Shown here piece by piece: positions 12,923 to 21,549 of a stretch of DNA of 64,000 bases. Numbering within the stretch: position 1 is the stretch's first letter; each line of letters begins with the position of its first letter. The DNA is from an uncultured delta proteobacterium (GTDB taxonomy: Bacteria > Myxococcota > Myxococcia > Myxococcales > Myxococcaceae): contig CAVYSY010000051.1 in assembly GCA_963771175.1 (NCBI GenBank), forward strand, positions 96,001 through 160,000. Reading direction: 5' to 3'. Both the position numbers and the translations under genes were made by a program. Below the pieces are notes generated by a model, which did not search any database, was not told where the DNA came from, and saw only the letters and a list, made by a program, of their open reading frames with translations.

Positions 12923-13729
12923 CTACCGGGCCGCGACGAACTCGAACGAGACCTGGGCCTCCTGGCCCTCCGTCACCGTCACCTGGGCCGTCTTCGTCCC
13001 GAGCGTCTCGTGCCAGGCCTCGAGGGTGTACGTCCCCGGCGGCACGCCCTGGAGGGTGAAGGCTCCATCCTCGCTGGAAGTGGCGAAGTACGGGTGCGGG
13101 CTCATCACCACGAAGGCGGTCATCCACGGGTGGATGTCGCACTTGAGGCGGATGATCTCCGCGTCCGCGGGAGGCTGGGCCTCCTTCGTCTTCAGGGGCG
13201 GCTGGGTCACGTTGAAGAGCTGCTTCTTCCCGGCCATGCCTCGCACGTTGTGCAGCGTGCCATCGCTGTTCATCAGCACGAGCGGCTGGCCGGCGACGGC
13301 GCCCTGCACGCGCGGCAGGTAGGTGCAGCGATTCTGGTCCACCACCACCATGGAGCTCGGCGGGGTGGTGGGCTGGCCGGGGACGTTGCCCCGCACGCGC
13401 ACGAGCACGTTGGCCAGCTTGCCGTCCTTCACGAGGACGGGCTGAGCCACCAGGTTCATGCCCTCGCAGTTGGGGTCCGTGCTCGGGTCGATGGGGGTGG
13501 CGGCCGGGGGCGTGCCCTTGAAGGTGACGATGCCTCGGACGGTGCCTCCGCCCTGGGGGGCGGAGGAGGTGTCCTCCTGGGGCAGGGGAGTGTCAGCGGG
13601 CAGCGGCGCGGCCCTGACGGCGGGAGCGGCCGCGATCGGGGCGGCGGGGGCCTCGTCCTTCTTGCAGGCCGTCACGGCGGAGAGCCCCACGGCACCGAGT
13701 ACCGTCAGGCCCAGCGTACGCAGATTCAT
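12923..13729 (-). CDS. lipoprotein with cupredoxin-like and carboxypeptidase-regulatory-like domains
   Basis: Lipobox AVTAC; DQNRCTYLP, LHNV, KCDIHPWM, GVPPGTYTLEAWHE. Confidence 0.85.
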   Translation of the reverse strand: MNLRTLGLTVLGAVGLSAVTACKKDEAPAAPIAAAPAVRAAPLPADTPLPQEDTSSAPQGGGTVRGIVTFKGTPPAATPIDPSTDPNCEGMNLVAQPVLVKDGKLANVLVRVRGNVPGQPTTPPSSMVVVDQNRCTYLPRVQGAVAGQPLVLMNSDGTLHNVRGMAGKKQLFNVTQPPLKTKEAQPPADAEIIRLKCDIHPWMTAFVVMSPHPYFATSSEDGAFTLQGVPPGTYTLEAWHETLGTKTAQVTVTEGQEAQVSFEFVAAR

Positions 13730-13748
13730 CGTGCAGTCCTCCTTCCAG

Positions 13749-14629
13749 TCAGTCCCGGGGCTCGCTGGCCCGAGGCATTGCCCGCCCGCTGCGGAACCCG
13801 CGCCATCGCACATAACGGGTGAAGTCGCTCACGAAGGTATCCGGGGACACTCCGATGGCGCTCTGGAAGGCCTCCGGGAAGTTCATTCCCCTCCGCATCT
13901 CGTCCAGGAGCGCGCGCACGGCGTCCTCGCCATAGCGCCGCACGAGGAAGGTGAAGGCGTGGTGGGCCACTCCGTAGATGAGGTTGGAGTCATCGCGGTA
14001 GAGGTCCCCCGGACTCCGGACGGGGTCGCTCCCGGGGACGCGCTCGAAGTGCCGGGCGATCTCCTCCAGCGACACCCATCGGTACGACTGCTCCGCCGTG
14101 TACGAGGCCATGCCCTCGCGGAACCACAGGGGAATCTGCTTGCGCGACCAGCCGAGCCGGTCCGACGCGAGCTGGTACATCAGGCTGTGGGTGAGCTCGT
14201 GCAGGAGGAGCTCGTTGATTTGAGGCTGGGTGGCCCCGGCCAGCCCCAGGTGGAGGGGGCCTGGACGAACACGTCGTCATAGCGGCTCCAGGCGCGCAGC
14301 CAGTCCATGCCGCGCTGCCGGACGGCGTTCTCCAGGGACTCGTGGTCGGGCATCACCTTGACGGTGACGGTCTCCTCGAGCGCGCCCCAGCGCGCGAGCC
14401 GGGGCAGGGCCTGCTCCACGGCCTGCTGGACGCGGGCGGCGTCCTGCGCGTCGGCGGGGGCGTACTCGATGAGGAACTGGCCGGAGGGGCCCGCGAGCTC
14501 CACCGAGGCCGACAGGGCCGGCTCCGCCGCCATCCTCTTCGCGGCGCAGCCCGACAGGAGTGCCAGCACCAGCACGGCCACGACTCCCGCTCCACCCTGC
14601 CCACTGCCGTTGCGCATCACGGTCCTCAT
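13749..14629 (-). CDS. peptidase MA-like (gluzincin) lipoprotein; 1-nt frameshift near 14245
   Basis: Lipobox LSGC; after adding one G to a G-run the frame continues LLHELTH...PLWFREGMA. Confidence 0.8.
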
Positions 14630-15564
14630 TCTACGTCCAGCCAGCGGAGCACCGTACGGCCCACATCCGCCACGGTGGCCAGGGCCTCCAGTTCCGGCGC
14701 CGACGGTCCAAAGTAGAGCACGGGCACGGGGTTCAGGGTGTGTGAACGTGTGGTGAGGTTCTCCACGTTTCCATGGTCGCTGCACACCAGCACCCGGGCC
14801 TCGGCCGGCCGGGTGGAGATGACGGCCCGGGCGAAGGCATCGAAGGTGTCCAGGGCCTCGCGGGCGGCGGCGAAGTCCTGGGCGTGTCCGGCCTCGTCCG
14901 CCAGGTAGTGCTCGAAGAAGGTGAAGTCCGCCTCGCCGGCCACCCGCCAGAAGATGTCGGCGGCCTCGGCCGGGGTGCGCTGGGGGACGGCGGACATGCC
15001 CCGGGCCCGTGCCCGCTCCCCGGTGATGTCATGGGTGAGGCCCAGGCCGGCCCGGGCGTCCTCGAGGGTGCGCAGGGCGACGTCGCCGGCGGCGAAGGCC
15101 AGCGTGGTGGCCGAGGCCTTCAGGCGCCGGAGGGCGGCCGGGGTGAGGGTGAACTCGGGGGCGCTGCTGGAGGGGCGCCGGTTCAGCTTCAGCGCGTCCA
15201 GGTAGGCCACGGGATAGCTGTTGGCGAAGGTGGCGCTGCGGCCCGCGGTCACCAGGCGCTTGACGATGGAGTGTTGCGCGAGGATTTCGCGCAGGGGCTT
15301 GTCCGGGTAGCCCAGCACGTGCCGGCCGATGAGGACGGGAGCGGGCTGGCCGGTGAGGATGGCCGTCTGGTTGGAGGCGGACTGCGGACGCCCGGCGACG
15401 CCGAAGGTGGGGTCCACCGGGAAGCACCGGCCGCTCTCGGGGAGCGTGGGGCCGGATGCGTCCTGGAAGTGGGACACGAGGTAATCACGGCCAGCGAGCG
15501 GATTCTCCTCCGGGTCGTTTCGTCCGATGCCAACCCCGTCGATGAAGAGGATCGCGACGCGCAT
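14626..15564 (-). CDS. alkaline phosphatase-superfamily metalloenzyme (iPGM/phosphopentomutase-like)
   Basis: FIDGVG, PQSASNQTAILTG, DEAGH, SDHGN, SHT. Confidence 0.85.
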   Translation of the reverse strand: MRVAILFIDGVGIGRNDPEENPLAGRDYLVSHFQDASGPTLPESGRCFPVDPTFGVAGRPQSASNQTAILTGQPAPVLIGRHVLGYPDKPLREILAQHSIVKRLVTAGRSATFANSYPVAYLDALKLNRRPSSSAPEFTLTPAALRRLKASATTLAFAAGDVALRTLEDARAGLGLTHDITGERARARGMSAVPQRTPAEAADIFWRVAGEADFTFFEHYLADEAGHAQDFAAAREALDTFDAFARAVISTRPAEARVLVCSDHGNVENLTTRSHTLNPVPVLYFGPSAPELEALATVADVGRTVLRWLDVE

Positions 15565-15597
15565 GGCGCCCGACTGTATCCTCGATGCGAGATACCC

Positions 15598-16680
15598 ATG
15601 GCCCTTCACGGCGACTTCTCCAGCTTCCCCCTGCCCGAACTGCTCCAGTGGTTGGATAGCTCCCGGAAGACGGGGACGCTCCAGCTCCTTTCCTGGGAGG
15701 GGGGCGAGCGCAAGCTCTTCCTGCTCTCGGGGCAGGTGCTGGCCATGGCCCACGAGGGGCTGTGGGGGCGGGTGGCCCGGGTGCTGTCCCTGGCGAGGCT
15801 GGCGGATGGCGCCGACGTGGTGGCGGCCTTCAAGGCGCTGCCGCCGGGGGGCGAGGAGCTGGAGTCCCTCTTCCGCGCCCACAAGGTGGATCCGAAGCAG
15901 GTCCGCGAATTGGCGCGCGAGGAGCTGTTGGGCTCGATGGTGGACCAGACGCGAGGGGGCCACGGCGCCTTCCACTGGACGGAGGATCTGGACCGAGGGG
16001 GCGAGGAGTGGGCTCCCTGCGAGATGAGCCTCCGGGAGCTGCTCTTCGAGTCGCTGCGTTGGGTGGACGAGCAGCCGGACGTGGACCGGGCCCTGCCGGG
16101 GGATGCGCTGACGGTGCGCTCGCGCGTGCAGCCGAGCCCGCGCCAGCCGCTGATGCACCGCATCCTGCTGACGCTGTGCGCGGGCGGGCAGAACCTGGGG
16201 CGGCTGCGGCTGTCGCTGGGGATGTCGCGCTCGGCCACCACGCGCCGCGTCTTCGAGCTGCTGCGGGCCAAGCAGGTGGAGGTGGAGGGGGCGCCGGAGG
16301 TGGTGGTGGACCCCGTGACGGACATGCTCGAGAAGGGCGCGGTGCTGGTGCGCGAGGGCCAGTACGACGCGGCGGAGCTGGTGTGCTCGGCGCTGCTGGC
16401 GAGCGACCCGGCGGACCGGCGGGTGCGCGAGTTCACGAGGATGGTGCAGAGCGAGCACGTGGCGGCGCTCTACTCGGAGCTGCCCCCGCTGACGGTGCCG
16501 GTGCTGGTGCCGGACCCGGAGACGCAGTCGTTGCTCAAGCCCGAGGAGCGGCAGGTGATGGCGAACATCAACGGCTCCTGGGACGTGTCGACGCTGGTGC
16601 TGGCCAGCCCGGCGCGCGAGCTGGACACCCTGAAGACGCTGGCCAAGCTGGTGCGGATGGGCCTGCTGCGACTGCGCTGA
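15598..16680 (+). CDS. DUF4388 domain protein
   Basis: MALHGDFSSFPLPELLQWLDSSRKTGTL N-terminus; TPR-like segment near the C-terminus. Confidence 0.88.
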   Translation: MALHGDFSSFPLPELLQWLDSSRKTGTLQLLSWEGGERKLFLLSGQVLAMAHEGLWGRVARVLSLARLADGADVVAAFKALPPGGEELESLFRAHKVDPKQVRELAREELLGSMVDQTRGGHGAFHWTEDLDRGGEEWAPCEMSLRELLFESLRWVDEQPDVDRALPGDALTVRSRVQPSPRQPLMHRILLTLCAGGQNLGRLRLSLGMSRSATTRRVFELLRAKQVEVEGAPEVVVDPVTDMLEKGAVLVREGQYDAAELVCSALLASDPADRRVREFTRMVQSEHVAALYSELPPLTVPVLVPDPETQSLLKPEERQVMANINGSWDVSTLVLASPARELDTLKTLAKLVRMGLLRLR

Positions 16681-16684
16681 AGCG

Positions 16685-17844
16685 CTACTCCGCCGCGGGC
16701 GTGGGCAGCCCGGCCGCGTGGAGCCGGGAGAAGATCTGCATCACCACGTAGAGCGCGAAGGCCGCGTCATCCACCCGGTTGCTGGAGCGCGCCGCGAGCG
16801 TCTGCAGCTTGAGCAGATCGCCGCCGTCCACCTGGAGCAGGTACGCCTGGGTCCCCAGCGGCCCCTCACCGGCGAAGGTGAGCCCGCGCCGGGCGGCATC
16901 GAGGCAGGCCTGGATGCACGTCCCATAATCACCGGAGGAGAAGGCCCCCTCGGCGGCTCGGGCGTGGTCGAACAGGTCCGAAGGAGCGAGCGCGCTGGCG
17001 GGCCCGAGGGGCCGCTGCCCGGTGAGGCCAGGGGGCGCGACGGCCGGAGCCACCTGGGGGACGACGGCCGGCATGCTGCGGGACGGTCGCGGCACCGCGT
17101 GAGCCGTGGCCGTGGCCGTGCCGTGGCCGTGGCCGGAGTGGGGACCGCGGGAGCCCGACCCGCGAGCTGGGTGAGCTGGGCCTCCAGCCCGCCGCCTCCA
17201 GCCTTGGGGGCACCTGGCGAGGGCGCCGCCGGGGTGGCCGTGCGGGGCGGGGGGACGATGCGCTTGACGCGCAGATCCTGGATGACGAGCCGGGTGATGG
17301 CCTTGAGGGCGTCCATCACGCCGCGGCCGCTGATGGCCTCGGTCTCGAAGTCGGGGACGTTGCGGGGGTTGAGCGCGGCGCGCAGTTCCGCCACGGGGAG
17401 GGCCTTGGGGATGTCGCGCTTGTTCCACTGGAACACCAGCGGGAAGCGCTCCAACCGGACGCCCTGCTCGAGCAGGTTCTCCTCCAGGTTGGCCAGCGAC
17501 TCGCGGTTGGCGTCCATCATCTCCGGCTGCGAGTCCGCCACGAACACCACGCCGTCGGCGCCCTGGAGCACCAGCTTGCGGGTGGCGTTGTAGAAGACCT
17601 GACCGGGCACCGTGTACAGCGCGAGCCGCACGGTGCAGTCGTTCACCCGCTCGACCTTCACGGGGAGGAAGTCGAAGAAGAGCGTCCGGTCTCCCTCGGT
17701 GGCGATGGACATCATCTCGCCGCGATGCGCGGGGCGTACGGTCTCATAGACTTTGCGAAGGGACGTCGTCTTGCCGGACAGACCCGGTCCGTAGAAGACG
17801 ATCTTCACCGCCACTTCGCGGGCCACCAGGTTCACGCTGCTCAC
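16685..17844 (-). CDS. MglA-family small GTPase with C-terminal extension; 1-nt frameshift near 17120
   Basis: KIVFYGPGLSGKTT, DRTLFFDF, YTVPGQ, GADGVVFVADS, NKRD; indel in a GCCGTG run joins a helical C-terminal domain. Confidence 0.9.
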
Positions 17845-18986
17845 GGTGTCAGCTTACCTAGAACGACTCGCCGTCTCGCGCCAGTTGCCGATGGAACATT
17901 CGACGGGGTGCCCGAGAGGTGCTCGTTCGCCAGGAGGGCGAAGCAGACGGCCTCCTTGGCCCCCTCCGGCAGTCCCAGCACGTCCAGGGTGCGGACGGGG
18001 AGGGGGGCGAGCCTCTCCGTCAGGCGCTCCATCAGCACCGGGTTGCGGGTGCCGCCGCCGGAGACGTACACCGCCTCCAGGTGGAAGCGCGGCAGGAGCC
18101 ACCGCTCGTAGGCGCGGGCCGTGGCCTCCACCGTGAAGTCCACCGCCGTGGCCATCAAGTCGTAGGGGCGCGAGCCGCCGTGGCGCTCCCACAGCCGGGC
18201 CACCAGCGCGTCGCCGAAGCCCTCGCGGCCGGCGCTGCGGGGCGGGGGCAGGGCCAGGAAGGGGTGCGCGAGCAGCTCCTCGAGCAGCTCCGGCATCACC
18301 CGGCCCTGGCGCGAGAGGTTCCCGTCCAGGTCGCACTGGAGCCGGCCCTGGGTGGCGAGCCGGGCCAGCCCGTCCAGCACCATGTTGCCCGGCCCGGTGT
18401 CGAAGGCGACGGTGTCCTCCAGCCGGTCGCCCACCACGCTCACGTTGCCGATGCCCCCGAGGTTCTGCAGCGCCCGCGTCACCCCGGGCTTCCGGAACAG
18501 GGCCCAGTCCAGGTAGGGCACCAGCGGCGCGCCCTGGCCCCCCGCGGCCACGTCCCGGGTGCGGAAATCACTGACGACGGGGATGCCGGTGCGCTCGGCG
18601 ATGACGGAGGACTCGCCGAGCTGCAGCGTGGAGGGCGTGTTGGACAGGCTCGCCGGGAGGTGGGCCACCGTCTGCCCGTGCGAGCCGATGACGTCCACGT
18701 CCTCGGGGCGGTGGCCCGCCCGGGAGATGACCTCCAGCGCGGCCTGGGCGAAGTGCTCACCGAGGGCGAAGTTGAGCTCGCACAGGGCGCGGGCGTCGTT
18801 GGCGCTCAGCACCCACTGGGTGAACTCGGGTGCGAAGGGCCGGGAGACGTGGGCCAGGAGGGAGATGCGGACCTCGGGGCCGGTGCCCTCGATGCGGCAC
18901 AGCACCGCCTCCACCGCGTCCACGCTGGTGCCTGACAGCAGGCCGATACACAGGCGCGAGTTGGGAGGAAGCGCTCTCGAGTCCAT
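17841..18986 (-). CDS. anmK: anhydro-N-acetylmuramic acid kinase
   Basis: IGLLSGTSVDAV, GSHGQT, DFRTRDVAAGGQGAPL, NLGGIGN, DTGPGN, KEAVCFA. Confidence 0.97.
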   Translation of the reverse strand: MDSRALPPNSRLCIGLLSGTSVDAVEAVLCRIEGTGPEVRISLLAHVSRPFAPEFTQWVLSANDARALCELNFALGEHFAQAALEVISRAGHRPEDVDVIGSHGQTVAHLPASLSNTPSTLQLGESSVIAERTGIPVVSDFRTRDVAAGGQGAPLVPYLDWALFRKPGVTRALQNLGGIGNVSVVGDRLEDTVAFDTGPGNMVLDGLARLATQGRLQCDLDGNLSRQGRVMPELLEELLAHPFLALPPPRSAGREGFGDALVARLWERHGGSRPYDLMATAVDFTVEATARAYERWLLPRFHLEAVYVSGGGTRNPVLMERLTERLAPLPVRTLDVLGLPEGAKEAVCFALLANEHLSGTPSNVPSATGARRRVVLGKLTP

Positions 18987-19138
18987 GCCCTCAAGTGTAA
19001 GGGCCAGCTCCCACGGATGCCGTCTCTCGGGGGGAGCGGACGACGAGATTGGTCACTTCCCGTACGAAATTTGTCACCCCCTGTCAGGGCAGGCGGGCAG
19101 GCATCAAGGATTCTGGAGGGTTGGACGGCGCCAGACAG

Positions 19139-19154
19139 CGGCACGATGCCTGCT
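19139..19154 (+). promoter_or_regulatory. sigma-54 promoter (-24/-12)
   Basis: CGGCACGATGCCTGCT: GG-N10-GC, about 75 nt upstream of ATG 19227. Confidence 0.6.
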
Positions 19155-19226
19155 AGGGAGCCCGCCGCCCGGGCAAGCCTTCCAATTCCTGTCGTAATCA
19201 AGCACTTCCATCCATCCAGGAAAAAT

Positions 19227-21497
19227 ATGTTCAACGAGAAACCATTGCGGAGATGCTCGAGGTCTGTCCTGAGGACATTGCTGGTGGCCTGCATGGCGGT
19301 CTGGGTCGGCCAGGCCCGAGCGGAGGGCCTGCCCGGAAAGGCGTGGGATGCGTCCAGGCAGGGAGTGCTGGCGCACGGCGGCTGGGCCTTTTTCAAGCAG
19401 GCTCATTCGCTGGCGGTGGCACCGGATGGCACCGTCTGGGCCTGGGGCGACAACTCCCTTGGCCAGCTCGGGGACGGGACGCGGACCACGCGCTCCACGC
19501 CGGTACGGGTGGAGGGCTTGACGGACATGAAGGCCGCCTCGACTGGCAGCCGTTTCTCCCTGGCGCTGCGAGGGGATGGCACCGTCTGGAGCTGGGGCCG
19601 CGACATCTCCCTCCCGGGCTGGGAGAATCCTCGGCTCACGCCGGTGCGGGTGGAGGGCCTGACGGACGTGGTGGCCATCTCGGCGGGTGTGGACTACGCC
19701 CTGGCACTGCGCGGGGATGGCACTGTCTGGGTCTGGGGCATGAACTCCTCTGGCCAGCTCGGGAACGGGACGGCGAGTCCCACGCGTCAACCCACGCCGG
19801 TGCGAGTGGAGGGACTGACGGGCGTGGTGGACGTCTCGGCCGGTCCGCGCTCCATCCTGGCGCTGCGAGGGGATGGCACCGTCTGGGCCTGGGGTGACAA
19901 CTCCTCTGGCCAGCTCGGGGATGGGACCACGAGCCGGCGCCTGACCCCGGTTCGGGTGGAGGGCCTGACGGACGTGCGGGCTCTCATGGCCGCCAACGAC
20001 CATTCCCTGGCGGTACGTGCGGATGGCTCCCTCTGGGCCTGGGGCAATAACTCCGCCGGCCAGCTCGGGGATGGGACTCAGGCCCGGCGGCTGTCGCCGG
20101 TGCGGGTGGCCGGCGTGACGGAGGTGGTGGCTGTCTCGGGCGGTTTCCACCACTCCCTGGCCCTGCGCGAGGATGGCACCGTCTGGGCCTGGGGCTACAA
20201 CACCTACGGACAGCTCGGAGATGGGACGACGACCCAGCGGCTCTCCCCCGCGCCGGTGGAGGGTTTGAAGCAGGTGGTGGCCGTGGCCGCCGGCTCCGGT
20301 TCCCTGGCGTTGCGCAAGGACGGCACCCTGTGGGCCTGGGGCACGGACAGCTCCGGTGAGCTCGGCTCCGGTACCGGGGGGCCGAGGCCCCTGTCGCCGC
20401 TGCTGGGGCTCACGAGCGCGGTGGCCCTCTCGGGTGGCAACTCTCACTCCCTGGCGCTGCGGGAGGATGGCACTGTGTGGAGCTCGGGGTACAACGCCTC
20501 TGGCCAGCTCGGGGATGGTTCCACGGCGGACCGGTACTCCCTGGTGCGGGTGGAGGGCCTGTCGGACGTCCAGGCCATCTCGGCGGGTGCTGGCCATTCC
20601 CTGGCGCTGCGGGGAGATGGCACCGTGTGGAGCTGGGGCGACAACTTCTCGGGCCAGCTCGGGGATGGGCTGATGACCTTTTCGCGGCCCACCCCGGGGC
20701 TGGTACTCGGCCTGACGGACGTGAAGGCCATCTCCGCTGGTAGCAACTCCTCCCTGGCGCTGCTCGCGGATGGCACCGTGAGGAACTGGGGAGTGACGGG
20801 GACCTGGGGCATTGCAAGCCTTCCGGAGCCGGTGCCGGGCGTGTCAGGCGTGGTGGCCCTGGCGTCCGGCCGCATGCATGTCCTGGGGCTGCGCGCGGAC
20901 GGCACCGTGTGGGCCTGGGGTGACACCATGCATGGCCAGTGCGGCAGCTATTGGCCCCTGTTCGAGCCGTGGGTGATGCCTGGCCTGTCGGGGGTGGTGG
21001 CTGTCGCGGCCGGCGAGGCGCACTCCCTGGCGTTGCGTGAGGATGGCACCGTGTGGGCCTGGGGGGACAACTCCTTCGGCCAGCTCGGGAACGGGACGAC
21101 GAGCTTTGGGCAGGCCATCCCGGTGCAGGTGGAGGGCCTGACGGATGTGGTGTCCATCACGGCGGGTGGGGCCCAATCCCTGGCGCTGCGTGCGGACGGC
21201 TCCCTGTGGACCTGGGGCGCGAGCCTCGCCGCGTCGAATGTGAACCACCTCACCCCCGTGCGGGTGGAGGACGTGACGGACGTGGTGGCTGCCTCGAACG
21301 GTACGTTCCACACCCTGGCGCTGCGCGCGGACGGCACCGCGGTGGGCTGGGGCGCCAACGACCGGGGCCAGCTCGCCAATGGCGAGTCGAACCAGCTCTT
21401 CACCCCGACCCGCGTGCTGCTGCCCTGCCGCTTCAACGGGCTGCCCTCGCGTGAGCACCGCGCGTCCGAGCAGGAGCAGTGCCACGCGGCCCCCTGA
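19227..21497 (+). CDS. secreted RCC1/BLIP-II repeat protein (14 repeats)
   Basis: 14 copies of HSLALR-DGTVWAWG-N--GQLG type repeats; signal-like N-terminus. Confidence 0.92.
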   Translation: MFNEKPLRRCSRSVLRTLLVACMAVWVGQARAEGLPGKAWDASRQGVLAHGGWAFFKQAHSLAVAPDGTVWAWGDNSLGQLGDGTRTTRSTPVRVEGLTDMKAASTGSRFSLALRGDGTVWSWGRDISLPGWENPRLTPVRVEGLTDVVAISAGVDYALALRGDGTVWVWGMNSSGQLGNGTASPTRQPTPVRVEGLTGVVDVSAGPRSILALRGDGTVWAWGDNSSGQLGDGTTSRRLTPVRVEGLTDVRALMAANDHSLAVRADGSLWAWGNNSAGQLGDGTQARRLSPVRVAGVTEVVAVSGGFHHSLALREDGTVWAWGYNTYGQLGDGTTTQRLSPAPVEGLKQVVAVAAGSGSLALRKDGTLWAWGTDSSGELGSGTGGPRPLSPLLGLTSAVALSGGNSHSLALREDGTVWSSGYNASGQLGDGSTADRYSLVRVEGLSDVQAISAGAGHSLALRGDGTVWSWGDNFSGQLGDGLMTFSRPTPGLVLGLTDVKAISAGSNSSLALLADGTVRNWGVTGTWGIASLPEPVPGVSGVVALASGRMHVLGLRADGTVWAWGDTMHGQCGSYWPLFEPWVMPGLSGVVAVAAGEAHSLALREDGTVWAWGDNSFGQLGNGTTSFGQAIPVQVEGLTDVVSITAGGAQSLALRADGSLWTWGASLAASNVNHLTPVRVEDVTDVVAASNGTFHTLALRADGTAVGWGANDRGQLANGESNQLFTPTRVLLPCRFNGLPSREHRASEQEQCHAAP

Positions 21498-21549
21498 CGG
21501 ATGGCGGTGACGCTCCAGCCGCCCGGCGGTGACTGGAGCGCCTCGGGGT

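Noticed and set aside
19400..21400. Regular DNA repeats resembling a CRISPR or other array
   Set aside because: In-frame, degenerate coding repeats of the RCC1 protein; no spacers or cas genes.
16685..21497. RCC1 protein acting as a GEF for the neighbouring small GTPase (Ran/RCC1 analogy)
   Set aside because: The RCC1 protein appears secreted and lies in the accessory block, while the GTPase is cytoplasmic.
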